This document shows positions 32,901-47,355 of a DNA stretch of 64,000 bases, one piece after another (the stretch's first letter is position 1; each line of letters opens with the position of its first letter). The stretch spans positions 992,001 to 1,056,000 of the forward strand of contig VJWM01000106.1 in NCBI GenBank assembly GCA_010909165.1. Direction: 5' to 3'. This stretch comes from Anthoceros angustus (Eukaryota > Plantae > Anthocerotophyta). The position numbers and the translations under genes were made by a program. The notes below the pieces were generated by a model, which was not told the DNA's origin, searched no databases, and worked only from the letters and a program-made list of their open reading frames with translations.

Positions 32901-35900
32901 GAGGACGGGGCTCCTTTCCCAGCCGTGGCAGAGGTACATACAACCCTTCATGGAAGCCCGTCTGCATCGCAAAATCCCTAGACACACATCGAGGAATGCC
33001 GGAAAAGATTAGGCTCTTCTAACAACTACAAATCAACATTCGGATGGCCTTAACCATGCAAATGACACTCCAAGGCTTTCTTTACTCACGTTAGCCATGA
33101 AACACCACCTCTAGCACACCCTCGGCTCTTGTAGCTTCCTTTTCAGCACAAGGAACATGCAGTACATAGATTAGGACATGACTCCCCAAGGAATACTTCA
33201 CAGGCCTCAACCCTACAGCACAATCCAACTTTGTTAGCCTTGGTGACAACTCCAAACACCACATAATAGGGTCGGATCAGAGACCTAAGCGTCCAACCTA
33301 ATTCAACCCTGCAAATTTCGACGTCCTCTTAGTACCGGACTCACCAAAATCTCTTTTTCATCGTAAGGTTGATCAGCCGGTGGATGCTACGTTTGTTTTG
33401 GAGATGGCCATTGCGTCATAGAAACCCCACAAAATCGGTGCCAGCGACCTTAAGAACGATGATTTGTACCACCTACGGGTTAGCCACCCTCTTCACTCTC
33501 TGCGCATGCGGAGACAAAATCGACCTTTCTCGCATGGCTTGGGCACATGAACGTCAGAATGCAGGATATGATTAAAACACAAGCTGCTCATGGTATTCCT
33601 CTTACCAATATCGAGGACTTGATCTCTGCGCATGCTCCCTCGGCAAGAGTCACCGCCTTCCCTAAGGCATCCTACACACGAGCTGGCGGTTAGTGCATTC
33701 CGACCTATGCGGGCCTTTCAAACGATCCCTATTTGGATATACATATTTCATCGGTAATCGACTTCACTCGATTCACCGTTATATAAATCCTCAAGAACAA
33801 GGCCCAAGCATTCCCATGCTTTAAAGAGTACAAGATATGGTCGGAGAAGCAACGGTGACACCTTACTCGCCTCGGATCGGTGGTGGTGAATCGCTCCACC
33901 CAATTTTCCACCTTCCGCAAGGAACACGACATTCATCGGATTACCACTCCACACACCTCTCGGCAGAATGGGGTCGCGAGCGGATGAACCGAACTATACA
34001 AAATTGCTAGCCATGCTTATTCATGCACGCTCAAATCCCTCTGGCGAGGCGATGCGACATCTTTGTCTACATTGGTAATCGCACAATTACCTCATCCTCT
34101 CACAGGCACTCCATATGCTCACGGCAGACAGAAGCCGGATTTATCCTCCTTGCGGGTCTTGTGCTCCGTGTATGCTCATGTTCCCAAGGTTATCGTGACA
34201 AAACTCGACAACAAGGCACAAAAGCTTACATTTATCGGCTTCACCAACGGATCAAAGGATACAAGCTAATCCACCCTCAAACGCACAAGGTGACCCATTC
34301 TCGACGTCACATTTCTTGAGGATATGTCTGACCCCACATCCGGTGGGAGTTTCTTCACAATCTAGGCGATGATGGCGACAATGGCTCCATGGACTTCTCG
34401 CCGCCACTTTCCAAGACACCGCCAAACCCGCCCAGCCTCGGCCCTCCACTCGGCCCGTGCCACACCCCACGGCCCCTACGCACGGCCCCTTATCACGGCC
34501 CGCTCGGGACACACCACAACCCATCACATTGAGATTTCGACACGATCTTGGCCCCTCACTGCCTCAGCGCCCTCAAGCCCAGCGCCATGGCTCTCGGGCG
34601 AAGGCAGTGCCGCGAGATGCGGAGGACGATGACCTCCATTATAGCAGCCCTGCAGGTGCGCACCCGGGACACCCTCAATCCGACAATTTCGATCCAGGAG
34701 AGCTCGGCGAGCGCCACCGCAGATCAGGCACCCCACAACTGGCGCACGAGCACGGCACTCGGTCTTCCTCACCGGCATCCCCATGGCTGCAAACCCCGCG
34801 CTCTCAACAATCAGCGCCCTGATCACTTGCAGGTAGCCGGGACACCTCTCGGCAGAATGGGGTCGAGCGGATGAACCGAACTATACAAATTGCTAGCCAT
34901 GCTTATTCATGCACAGCTCAAATCCCTCTGGCGAGGCGATGCAAAGATGTCACATTGGTAATCGCACAATTACCTCATCCTCTCACAGGCACTCCATGCA
35001 TTGGAGGCAATAAGCGGATTTATCCTCCTTGCGGGTCTTGTGCTCCATGTATGCTCATGTTCCCAAGGTTATCGTGACAAAACTCGACAACAAGGCACAA
35101 AAGCTTACATTTATCGGCTTCACCAACGGATCAAAGGATACAAGCTAATCCACCCTCAAACGCACAAGGTGACCCATTCTCGACGTCACATTTCTTGAGG
35201 ATATACAGCCACATCCGGTGGGAGTTTCTTCACAATCAGACAAGCGATGGCGACAATGGTTCCATGGACTTCTCGCCGCCACTTTCCAAAGACAACCGCC
35301 AAACCCGCCCACCGCCTCCACTCGGCCCGTGCCACGCCGGCCCCTACGCACGGCCCCTTATCACAGCCCACAGACACACCACAACCCATCACATTCGGAG
35401 ATTTCGACACGATCTTGGCGCCTCACCTCACAAGCCCCAAGAGCGCCATGGCTCTGAGCGGCGGGGCTGTAGCAGTTCGCAGATCGCGGATCCGAGGACG
35501 ATGACCTCCATTATAGCAGTGCGCACCGGACACCCTCAATCCGACAATTTCAACACGAGAGCTCAAGAAGGCGAACGCCCGCCACAGATCGGGCACACCC
35601 CACAACTGGCGCACGAGCACGGCACTCGGTCTTCCTCACCAAGATCCCCATGGCTGCAAACCGGCGCTCAATCAGCGCGCCGATCACTGCGGCCCGGGAC
35701 CTCGACTTGGGACCGGATCGACCTCAGATGGCACACAAGCTATATGTGCCTCTCGAGGCATGGAGGCAGCCACGGTACTGACATGGTACTTATTCACAAC
35801 TCAACTCTCCTACACTTACAGATGCGGGCTCTTCTCCACACACGGCAGTTCAAGTCCTGGCTTTTCAACAAATTGCTCAACAAACATCTGGACATCATCC

Positions 35901-38900
35901 CGATTCCCCAGAGGCAAACCAACATATATACTTTGAGTTTTCTAATTATAATAATCCAGATATTCAATCAACAGATACTCAAGATGACAACAATATTTCT
36001 GATCCTCATTTTGAGAGCATACATGAGGTTATTCCACACCACTGATACCACCCAGCCTAGACGTAGGCAATCCCAGCTGTTCCGCAACGGTCGAGATACA
36101 CCGATATTCTCCTACTAATGGCAAGATCCTAAGAGCAATATAGCATATTGTCTTAATGCAGTAGACCAATTTGTCCACCGCTAGCTATCGAAGCAATAAC
36201 GCCACAAAGAACTGGAAGCAAGCAATCAGTCGAACTAGAATCCCTAGAAGCCAATAAAACTTGGACTCTAACTCTTCTACCTAAGGACAAAAAATTGGTA
36301 GGAAGTAAGTGGACCTTTAAAATTAAATTAAATGTCGATGTATAGAAAGATATAAAGCTAGACTAGCTAAGGGATATTCACAAAAATATGGTTTTGACTA
36401 TGACGAAACCTTTAGTCCTCGTTTCAAAATAACTTCACTTAGAATCCTCTTAGCTTTGGCATCTCATCACAACTATGAACTAATGCAACTTGATATTAAG
36501 GATGCTTTTCTATATGGCGACCTTGATCACATTATTTATATGGAGATTAGGAAGGATACATGTTCGTGATAAGAAGCATAATGCTTGCTTATTATTGAAA
36601 TCCTTATACGGACTTAAGCAAAGCGCCATGAAATGGTATCACAAGTTAGATGTCACCTTAAGGAGCTAGAGTTCACTAAGCTAAACTCGATAGCAACATT
36701 TATATCAAGAGACTAGGTAATGAATTCATTGTCTTAGGAGTATCGTAGATGACATAGTTCTTATGTCTAATACTAAGGCTATTTTAGAAAATACCGAACT
36801 ATACAAATTGCTAGCCATGCTTATTCATGCACGCTCAAATCCCTCTGGCGAGGCGATGCGGCGCATCTTTGTCTACATTGGTAATCGACAATTACCTCAT
36901 CCCTCTCACAGGCACTCCATATGCAACTTGGGCAGTAAGCCGGATTTATCCTCCTTGGTCTTGATTGCTCCATGTATGCTCATGTTCCCAAGGTTATCGT
37001 GACAAAACTCGACAACAAGGCACAAAAGCTTACATTTATCGGCTTCACCAACGGATCAAAGGATACAAGCTAATCCACCCTCAAACGCACAAGGTGACCC
37101 ATTCTCGACGTCACATTTCTTGAGGATATCACCCATGCCACATCCGGTGGGAGTTTCTTCACAATCAGAAATGATATGGCGACAATGGCTCCATGGACTT
37201 CTCGCCGCCACTTTCCAGTATGACCGGACCTCGGCCCTCCACTCGGCCCGTGCCACGCCGGCCCCTACGCACGGCCCCTTATCACGGCCCTCGGGACACA
37301 CCACAACCCATCACATTGAGATTTCGACACGATCTTGGCGCCTCACTGCCTCAAGCCCAGCGCCATGGCTCTCGGGCGAAGGGGCGGGGTGGCTCGCGAG
37401 ACCGCGATCCCGAGGCGATGACCTCCATTATAGCAGCCTGCAGTGCGCACAGGACACCCTCAATCCGACAATTTCGATCCAGGAGAGCTCGGCGACGCCG
37501 CCACAACAGATCGGGCACACCCCACAACTGGCGCACGAGCACGGCTCGGTCTTCCTCACCGGCATCCCCATGGCTGCAAACCCCGGCGCTCTCAACAATC
37601 AGCGCCCTGATCACTTGCAGTAGGCGGCCGGACACCTCTCGACTTGGGACCGGATCGACCTCAGATGGCACACAAGCTATGTATACCTACTCGAGGCATG
37701 GCGCCAGGACTCTGACATGGTACTTATTCACAACTCAACTCTCCTACACTTACGGATCTGCTCTTCTCCACACGGCTCAAGTCCGGCTTTTCAACAAATT
37801 GCTCAACAAACATTTGGACATCATCCGATTCCCCAAAGGCAAACCAAAATATATACTTTGAGTTTTCTAATTATAATAATCCGATATTCAATCAGATACT
37901 CAAGACGACAACAATATTTCGATCCTCATTTTGAGAGCATACATGAGGTTATTCCACATCAACTTGATACCAAGCTAGGCGGCGTGTCCAGCTTCGCAGT
38001 CGATACAGATATTCTCCTACTAATGGCAAGATCCTAAGAGCAATATAGCATATTGTCTTAATGCAGAGACCAATTTGTCCTAGCTATCGAAGCAATAACC
38101 GCCCAGAGGAACAGAAGCAAGCAATCAGGTCAGAACTAGAATCCCTAGAAGCCAATAAAACTTGGACTCTAACTCTTCTACCTAAGGACAGAAAATTGGT
38201 AGGAAGTAAGTGAACATTTAAAATTAAATTAAATGCTAACGGTAGTATAGAAAGATATAAAGCTAGACTGGTAGCTAAGGGATATTCACAAAAATATGGT
38301 TTTGACTACGACGAAACCTTTAGTCCTGTTCTGAAAATATCTTCACTTAGAATCCTCTTAGCTTTGGCATCTCATCACAACTATGAACTAATGCAACTTG
38401 ATATTAAGACAGCTTTTCTATATGGCGACCTTGATCACATTATTTATATGGAGATTAGGAAGGATACATGTTCGTGATAAGAAGCATAATGCTTGCTTAT
38501 TATTGAAATCCTTATATGGACTTAAGCAAAGCGCCATGAAATGGTATCACAAGTTAGATGTCGTTAAGGAGCTAGAGTTCACTAAGCTAAACTCGAGATA
38601 GCAACATTTATATCAAGAGACTAGGTAATGAATTCATTGTCTTAGGAGTATCGTAGATGACATAGTTCTTATGTCTAATACTAAGGCTATTTTAGAAAAT
38701 AGATCTATGCTAGCTAAGCGTTTCTCTATGACAACTTGTAGAGAACTTTCTTCTGCTTAGGCATGTTCTAAGAGATAGAAACGCTAGAAGCATCCTTATT
38801 CACCAGTCCAAATACATCCAAGAGATTCTAACCAAGTTTAAGATGTTAGACGCTAAACCCATCTCTACACCCATGGAAATGAATCTTAAGCTTAGCAGGG

Positions 38901-39855
38901 AAGCGGACCAACAGGATGATACCTCCACTACTACTCCTCCTCCTTATTCCTCAGCGGTCGGGAGTCTTATGTATCTTATGGTTTGCACCAGACCAGATCT
39001 ATCCTATTCAGTGGGAGCCTTGTCACAATTCCTATCACACTCAAGCTCATTGAAGGCGGTTAAGAGGATACTCGGATACTTAAGAGCAACCCCGGACCTA
39101 GGGTGCTCTACCAATCACATATCAAACAAGGAGAGCCTTTACAACTAGAAGGTTTTAGCGACGCCGGCGGGCCGGCAACGTCGGCGATAGGAAGAGCACA
39201 AGCAGCTATGTATACCTACTCGAGGCACAACAAGCTGGAGCAGCAAGAGGCAATTGGTACTCACTCAACAGGCTGAGTATTGCTCTTTAACACATGCTTG
39301 TAAAGATGGACTTTGGCAACTTCTACAACTTTCGGAGTTAGGCGAAATGCAAAGGATCCCAGGCCTCTCTATTGCGATAACCAGAGTGCTATTGCACTCA
39401 CGTATAATCCAAAGTTCCACGCAGACGAAGCACATAGAGGTGCAATTTCACTTCATAAGGCAAGTAGTTGATGAAGGCAAGTTTATAGTTGTTTATTGCC
39501 CGACAGATGGCCGGGACGTGCTTACGAAGCACTCAGCTCGATCAAGCATCAAGAACACGTGAAGAATATGGGACTAAGAAGAGTCTCGGTTACACACAAA
39601 GCTTAGCAAAGTTTGCACACATATATATATATATATAGCCTAAGGACTACATGCTAAGTGGGAGTGTTAAATGATAGCATTAGCCCTTAGGGCACGCTTC
39701 ATTATTTAAGTCATTAGAGCTCAAGCGCCACCTTGAATGGTCACCATTCAAACGGTTCTGACAACACCGCTTGGGCAATGGCCAAGCCTACATTCGAACA
39801 TTCTCTGTACTCTTATGCAATCTAATGTAAGATCCACACGCATCAGTTCTTCACA
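29946..39855 (+). mobile_element. Ty1/Copia LTR retrotransposon, family 1, copy A (5' LTR/PBS partly deleted, internal duplications)
   Basis: TSD TCTTC (29941-29945 / 39856-39860); TG...CA termini; 3' LTR 39665-39855 preceded by PPT AAGTGGGAG. gag zinc knuckle CGYCKIPGHTYEEC, integrase LVHSDLCGP, RT 'LYGLKQ' and RNase H occur in Copia order. Confidence 0.95.
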
Positions 39856-40224
39856 TCTTCTATGAATATCTTACGAAATCAATAGGATTGAAAACGAGGA
39901 TTATATAAGCCCAAGCCCGCCTAGGTATAGATATAATGTGTAAAGTGTGTCCGTGGATGTTCTTAGGACCTAATATGGTTAGTGCATATAACCCATATCG
40001 TATTGAGAGTTATATTCTCTCTCAATAAAATCGCTCTTGTCTTTATCTAGTTGCATCCGTTGATGTGTATGAATATATGGTCCTTCCATCCCAGCGAGAC
40101 ATAAATAAAGTTGTTGTTGTTGTTGTTGTATCAATATGGGTGTAATATTGGTGTGACATCCACACTAAAACCGGAGGACGCTCGATCAATCAAAACCCGA
40201 ATGATCGCTCGTTCCCCATTCCCG

Positions 40225-40455
40225 TGATGACGTGACCTCGGCATCCGCTCGCTTGACCCCCAAATGTCCAGCAGCTTTGCCTTAAACGTAGCGTGGCGTG
40301 ACCTCGGCATCCGCTCGCTTGACCCCGATGGCTTGCGAGCTTTGCGTTTAACGCGCGGCGTGGCCTCGTGCTTTGCCTTAACGCGGCGTGGCCTCCGTGC
40401 TTTGCCTTAACGCAGTGCGGGTTATAGGTCGATTGCGAGCTTTGCCTTAACGGCG
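40225..40455. repeat. ~29-bp tandem repeat (gctttgccttaacgcggcgtggcctccgt) in the upstream region of the inverted vWA fragment
   Basis: Direct inspection. Copy at ~55075-55260. Confidence 0.65.
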
Positions 40456-40479
40456 TAGCGGCGGCGGGTTGCCGTTAGC

Positions 40480-40730
40480 GGCGGCGTTATCATTTCAGTT
40501 TCCCTCCGCCACCGCAGAAGGGACCGAGCTGCGTGGTGAAACAAGCTCCAACAACCTAGCATTTCCGCGCATCCTCAAACGCGCCGTGGCCATAGTGGAA
40601 GCTCACCAAGACCAAAGGCTACTGCCTGAATGGCACCACAAGGATGCAACGAGCGCAAGACCAGCCGAGCATCGGCATCCGCAAGGCGCAGCTCGACCTT
40701 GCCTTCCTCGTGGATGCTACATTGAGCATG
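40480..40730 (+). pseudogene. Inverted 5' fragment of vWA-kinase paralogue 5
   Basis: Plus-strand 'EWHHKDAT...IRKAQLDLAFLVDATLSM' (vWA beta-1/MIDAS), interrupted by the CRE-like fragment. The upstream sequence is homologous to that of paralogues 1 and 3. Confidence 0.75.
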
Positions 40731-41160
40731 CTACTTGCAAGGCGTTGGGACTCCAGGACCCCCAAAAGCCACGGATTCGTAGCTCCTCGGAGTAGCAATA
40801 CTAAATTGGTGAAAGGAGATGGCCCCGAACTACTTTTTGAGCTGGATGGCAATGTTGCATCGACAAGCTGCAAAATGCCTCCCTCACAGATAGAGCGTGC
40901 CAAGTGGGCTTTTCTGACCAACAACCGACTTGGCCCCTAAACTTGAGAAATGCGAAAGGAGTCTCCCCTAGCCACATGGCTAGCATAATGAACAATTCCA
41001 AAAACCACTGACGGGTCCTCGGAGTGAAGTAGTCCGGAGGTGGTCATAGACCATTCCCGAAATACCCCTAAAGAAAGACGCATAAGCGAGAGGTAAGGGC
41101 CACCAAAACCGGCTGTCGAGAGTAAAGGGCTCCCTTTGTTATTCTCAGGAGCCCAACCAC
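40731..41160 (-). mobile_element. CRE-like non-LTR RT fragment (unit 2 copy)
   Basis: Homologous to 23310-23750. Confidence 0.6.
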
Positions 41161-41169
41161 CAAGCAAAG

Positions 41170-41480
41170 GGCGCAAAACAAGACTAGCGGATCTGATCCA
41201 AAAAGAAAAGTGAAAGGCTTCAAAGAAGCGCAAGACAAGACTAGCGGGATATAGATCCAAAAAGAAAAGTGAAAGGCTTCAAAGAAGCGCAAAACAAGAC
41301 TAGCCGGATACGGATGCAAAAAGAAAAGTGAAAGGCTTCAAAGAACGCAAAACAAGACTAGCGGGATATAGATCCAAAAAGAAAAGTGAAAGGCTTCAAA
41401 GAACCGCAAAACAAGACTAGTAATATGGATCCAAAAAGAAAAGTGAAAGGCTTCAAAGAAGCGCAAAACAAGACCGGTAG
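41170..41480. repeat. ~60-bp tandem repeat x~5 (unit 2 copy)
   Basis: Same unit as 23765-24090. Confidence 0.9.
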
Positions 41481-41969
41481 ACTTTAAGAAGGGAAATCAT
41501 CCAAGCCAATCAAGTCACCAAGGACCAAGAACATATCTTCGTGTACTTCACCGCAAGAGGTCGTGTACTTCAAGATGCGTTGACTCGGTGAAGCTATAAT
41601 CTTCTTTAATTTCTCAAGCTATGAGGTATTGCTAGTGGGACATACATCGATGATGATGACATGCCTCCAAATATTTTGACCAAAGGATTGACTTTAGATA
41701 AACATATTACGTTTAGCGATATGCTAGGCTTAAGAGAGTAATATCGATGTGTTGAATGGGAATATTAAAAATCTATACGATTGGTGCAACACATCCCATA
41801 TTAAAGTTCACTTAATAAGTCCTACAAGTGTATAGGACAAAATGGACAAAATAGGATCTAATAAGTTCATACCCACCGAGATTGTCAAGGCGAACGGCTA
41901 AATATGTATGCATAGCACACCTTTTCAGCATATGGAGGCTCGGATACCATGCCTGTTTGCCCCACCCGA

Positions 41970-42533
41970 ATATACGCATGTCTCCATATTCATCATCAAA
42001 ATCATGAAACGCCTGCCATGGCAAGGAGCGTCCGGAATATGTAAAGTAGAACGTAAAGAATGTAAAGAATGCTTTACATTCCGGAGGTTCGAGCGTGGAG
42101 CCTTAGCCTTCCATCTCAAATCAGCCACGCTCTCGAGGCTTAAGCCACTGAAAACATCTTCCCCGTATCGCCGCCGCCGCCAGTTGCTTCCACACCCAAT
42201 GGCCTTCATACTCATGCTCCTGTAGCATCCACCAGGAACGCCACGTCCAGCGCCTGCTCCTTCTGGATGACAATGCTGAGCTCAGCCTGGCGGCTCCGCG
42301 TTGCCTCTTGGTTATGTCGTTCCAGGGACGAAAGCCGCTCATTCCTAGCAGCGAGCTTGGTTTCACCATAGCCAGCGCGCTTGTGCTGGAAGTACTTCTG
42401 CTTAGCCGCTCGTCTTAGTCGATGACGTGCTCATTCCAGCCATGGCCAGTTCGAGCCTCCGCTTCCTCAACGATCTGGCCTCCCAATAGGCCTCCGCTAT
42501 CTCCGGCAGCTAGGAGCTCCACGAGTCCGCCAT
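41970..42533 (-). pseudogene. Deleted vWA paralogue 2 (unit 2 copy)
   Basis: Near-identical to 24560-25125. Confidence 0.75.
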
Positions 42534-43078
42534 CGCCAGACCTGGATCCACCTCCCAGATGCGGCAATTGCGAACGAGTTCGAGGACGGTCGCGCGCATT
42601 CCTTTTCGCCTGATTTCTACTTGAGCCTACGCCCCATTCTGCTTCAAACGTACGAGCGTGCGGGGCAGTCAGGTAACTGATTGTTACTGATCTTACTGCT
42701 TCAGCCGTGAAGCCATTAAAACAAGTAATGGACGGAGGGATTTGCAGAATGTTACGGGATCATTACAAAGTTTCTCAAGGACCGGGTAACGTTCCACGTT
42801 CTACTCAAATTCTCCCGCATCCACCTGGGTTCACATCCTGCGGTGCTCTGGAGACTATGAATCCTCCGTAAATTCTAGCTGTTTGCATTCTGGAAAAAAG
42901 CTGCCGCACTACAAACACAAACGACGGTTCGGGTAAAGCGATGCAAGGATGGCTGCTATCATCTACCCAAAATTTGGAAGCATCCAATCCAGCAAAGTAA
43001 GCACTTAACAACCCTACAAGCCTCTGCCTTACAATCCCTACACCTCTAAAATCCCTACAACCATCTGCCTTAACATGC

Positions 43079-44840
43079 CTATGCCAGCACTGTACCTGAC
43101 TTAGTGTAACCATGCATGCTCGGCTTCAGCTTTAGAGCTCGGCACACATCGTTGCATTTGTGCGTTTTGTAAAGAGGTCAAATCCCGCTTCTCCCAAGTT
43201 TGTCGTGGTGAAGCGCAACAAATCCTTGCTGTGTATGGCTGGATCACACAGCCAAAACTCGTTCTCGCCGTTTGAACTTCGCACTCGCACGCCCTGGAGG
43301 TCAGTCACCATGAGGTGACCTTTCGACCTTTCATGCGTCCAGTGACTAAACGCCTGCAAGGTAGCAGCGTAATCTGCCGTATTTACATATCCAGCATTAT
43401 TCGAATACTTTATCCATGTCCCTTTCAGAAATTCTCCTTGTTGTAGAAAAGGCATGGCCCGCCGGATGCACCTTCCACATTGAGAGTTGTTACCATGGAG
43501 AACGTCACCTGCTTAGCCCCTACCAGGTTCCTCATCTTCTCGTTAAATTCTGTGGCCATCTGTCCAGACACAGTTTGCACCTCCATCTGCTCCAGATACC
43601 GCTCTTTCTGGTGAACATCCGAGCTCTTTGCAGCCACAGGCACCTTCAACCTCTTGAGCACTATGGGAAAGGATGTTCCTGCCGAGACTTTCGTTACCTG
43701 CGCATAATAAGGCCACCGCATAGCTCCACTTCCAATGAACGGATGTGGTGCTATCTGCACATAAACCGTTGGCATTGGCTCCAGTTCAAGATTCTTGCTG
43801 GAAGCCAGTCTCTCAAAAGCTGATCCAAGGAGCCGTAGAACTTGCCCTCAACTGCTGCGCAATCCGAGAGGGAATTTTCTGCCAATCTCGGGAATCCCAG
43901 GCTGCACCGTCTCGAAAACGGACGTGTCGGGCGGCCTTTCGCTTTGCCAAGACAGCTCAATGTACTGGATATGGTCTCGTTGGAGACCGCCACCACCTTC
44001 AGCGGTATGTCGCTGATGTTGTTGAAGAGCTCCTGCTGTATCCACCTCCCTCCACCTCTTTCTGAAATTCCGTCACCATCTTCTTAGTAGACTGGTTGAG
44101 GTGACAAAATGTGTAGCTTGAAATTTTGCACCGATCGCGCAATGTCCGAAGCAGAACGCCGATATCCCGAACCAGCTTGTCCCCGTCGGCGTACCTGTCT
44201 CCTACCCGTCATGAAACCGCCTGCCATGGCAAGGAGCGTCACCAATGTGAATCAACACACGATTAGCTGCCTGCCAGCTCAAATTGGCCACATCCTCTAG
44301 GCCACTAAAACATCTTCCGCATCATCCAGGCCAGCGCCGGATGCCTTCACTTCTGACAGGGCTGTGACCAAGACGCTGCCATCACCGCGGAAGCTGGTGG
44401 TGAAGTCACACCTCTTGTAAGGGGATCGTCGTAATCCCGGTAAGACGCGAACGCCACTCGCAGCTTGGACTGAGGATGTGCTTGCGTGATGCCCTCCGCC
44501 ACAGAAGCCACCTGGCCTTGCGGATGATGATGCTCAGCTCAGCCTTGCGCTTCTGCGTTGCATCCTTGCGGTGCCGTTCCAGGTAAGACAGCCGCTCATT
44601 CTTGGCTGGGAGCTGAGCTTCCACTATGGCCAGCTTCTGGCGCGTTTGAGAGGATGCAGCGTCCCTGGCCGCGCTGCTGCTGGCACTGCTTCTGCTGCTG
44701 CTGCTGCTTGTCTCACTCGATGAGATGTTTGCTTCGAGCTTCTGCAGTAGCAGCTTCAGCTTCTCCAATTCCAACCTCGTTCTGGTCCTGGTTGCGGATC
44801 TCCAATAGCTCTCCTCAATGGCCGGTAGTAGGAACGCCAT
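43079..44840 (-). pseudogene. Coiled-coil + vWA + alpha-kinase paralogue 3 (unit 2 copy)
   Basis: Near-identical to 25671-27434, with the same MIDAS deletion but different single-base indels. Confidence 0.9.
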
Positions 44841-45179
44841 GGAGTTTGCTGCAATTGCGAATAAATGCTAGGTTGTTGGAGTTTTTTCACTACGCAGCTC
44901 TGCCCCTTCTGCAGGCGGCGGAGGGAAGCTTCTGGAAATGATAACGGCCGCCGCCAACGGCAACCCGTTGCCGCTAGACCATTAAGAGCCTGCAATCGAG
45001 CTGTAACCTGCAACGCTGCTTAAGGGCAAAGCCTGCAGGCCATTGGGGCCAAGAGTACGGACGGCGAGGCCACGTCATCACGGTGAACGAACGAACGTCC
45101 TCCGGATTTGAACAGGATGTCACTCCACACATTACATGCATGCATGTATGTCCTCCTTCGGCGCTAAAGCTCAAGGTGG

Positions 45180-45546
45180 CCTCATCCTGTTGAGGGTGTG
45201 ACTGTGGGTATTCTTGCAGACTCACAGCTTCCCCTAGGCACAAATCCATCGTGCTCTTGGAGGCCATTGACTGGTCACTGAAAATCGTGATTCACAACTT
45301 CGATTTGGGTTCCAAAGTGCTTACAACAACGCACTGTTCAACCACGATACGTTTCAAGCTTGGGATGTAATAAAATCGAAGCACATACAAGAAAGTTCAA
45401 CCACGATACGTCTCAAGTTCGGTATGTATTCAAATCGAAGAACATACAAGCAACGGGTGTCAGCACATGTTCGAGATTGGACGGACTCAGATCTTCTAAT
45501 TCCCAAGACAAGGTTCCTTGGCAGTACAGCTATGAGGCCTGATGAC
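45180..45546 (+). pseudogene. GT92 3' fragment (unit 2 copy)
   Basis: Near-identical to 27775-28140. Confidence 0.85.
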
Positions 45547-45665
45547 TGAAAAGAGCAGTAAGGCCTGATGACTGAGAAAGGCAGTGATGAGACTGCTGCT
45601 ATCATGTACCGCAAAATTTGAAAGCATGCGCAGCCATCTAGCGAAGCAAAACATAATCCACAACT

Positions 45666-46640
45666 CTACGTGCCTCTGCCATACGATCCCACTGCCTTTA
45701 GCTTCAGAGCTCGGCACACATCGTTGCACTGGTGTGTTTCGTAGAAGAGCTTAAATCCTGATTCTCCCATGTTCGTCTGGGTGAAGCGTTGTAAATCTTG
45801 CTGTAGATGGCCGGATCACTGAGCCAAAACTCGTCCTCCGACCCTGGGTTCTGCGCTCGCACACCCTGGAGGTCACCCACGATAAGGTGACCTTTAGACC
45901 TTTCATACGTCCAATGAGTGAACGCCTGCAAGGAATGAGCGTAATCGGACTTATCCACATATCCGCTATTGCAGGAATACTTCTTCCATGATCCTTCGAG
46001 AGGTTTCTCCATGTTGTAGAATTTGCACGGCTCCCCGATGCACCTTCCACTTGGAGGGTTGTGACCACGGAGAACGTCACCCGTCTTGCCCCTGGCAGGT
46101 TCCTCGTCCTATCATTGAATTCGTCGGCCAATCGTGCACTCACTACTTGCACCTCCATTTGCGCTAGATACCGCGCCTTATCCAGGCGTGCAGGCCCCGG
46201 CACCTTGAAATTCTTCACCACCATCGGAAATGGTGTCCCTGACGAGTCATTCATTACCCGGGCATGAAAAGGCCACCTATTAGCCCTTCATTGCTGAATG
46301 GGTTTGGAGCAACCTGAAGAGCAATTGCTGCGATAGCTTCCAGTTCAAGATTCATGCGGGATTCCAGTCTGGCCAAAAGGTCATCCAAGGAATCGTAAAC
46401 CTTGAAACTGAATTGCTGCGCCTTGTGATAGGGAATCGTTTCCCAGTTCGGTTCCACTACTGGTTTCGGCGCCGCAGTGCCCATGTCGGGGCTTCACGTT
46501 GTTTCTTGGTGACTGGTTATGTCGTTCCCGGTAGGGCAGCCGCCTCCAATACCAGTCCTGTATTTGCAAATCCGGCCTCACTGTAGCTCCGCGATGCACA
46601 GCAGCTAGCTAGAACTTCCAGGAATCCGCCGTCGCCACAG
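45666..46640 (-). pseudogene. Alpha-kinase paralogue 4 (unit 2 copy)
   Basis: Near-identical to 28260-29230; ORFs 45704-46012, 45751-46254 and 46254-46484. Confidence 0.88.
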
Positions 46641-47355
46641 TGGTACAGACGTCGATGTACAACCCGGTGGCGGAAATTGCGAACACTGAAGTCCGAGACA
46701 GTGAAGCGCATTCCTTTCCTCGCCTCATTTCTAAGCCGCGCCAGCGTTTCTCGTTACTCTTAAGCTTTAAGCCACTGAGGCTTGAGCTTCTAATTACGCC
46801 CCTTGAGCTTACGCCAACTCCTGAGGCTGAGCTACGCTTGAGCGTATAATCACGCCCCTTGAGCTCACGCCGCCTACTGAGGCTGAGCTACTCTGCTACA
46901 CTTGAGCTGATAATTACGCCCCGTTCTGCTTCGGACGTACCAGCGTTACGCATAAGAGGCAGGTGACGATGGGCCGGCCTATCCGTGTCAGGTCCACCCG
47001 CCAATCCACTAATGACGCCATCGACGCTGGGTAGCTCGGTATGGGCAGGGCCAGAAAATAGGTTGGGCAAAGTGTTTCTCTTCTGCCCAGACTTTGGTCC
47101 ATCGGGCCGTGTGCAACGACGGGGTGTGCACATTCCTGGGAATGTGGTGTGCTAACTCGAATCATAGCAACTACGGCGTGTACACATAAGGAGCGACTCC
47201 GTCACAGCCTGTCCATCAAAACTCCGCTAGCTATCCGTAAACCCACTCATGAACAAATCAGGGTTGGGGAGATGGGACGGCTGTTATCGTCTATGGCAAA
47301 ATTTGAAAGCATCCCATCCAGCAAAGCAAAACCTTCTAGAAACTCATATATCTTC

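Noticed and set aside
39861-40130. Post-Copia segment with TATA, AATAAA and (GTT)n, possibly an LTR or LINE tail
   Set aside because: No coding remnant or matching boundary to classify it.
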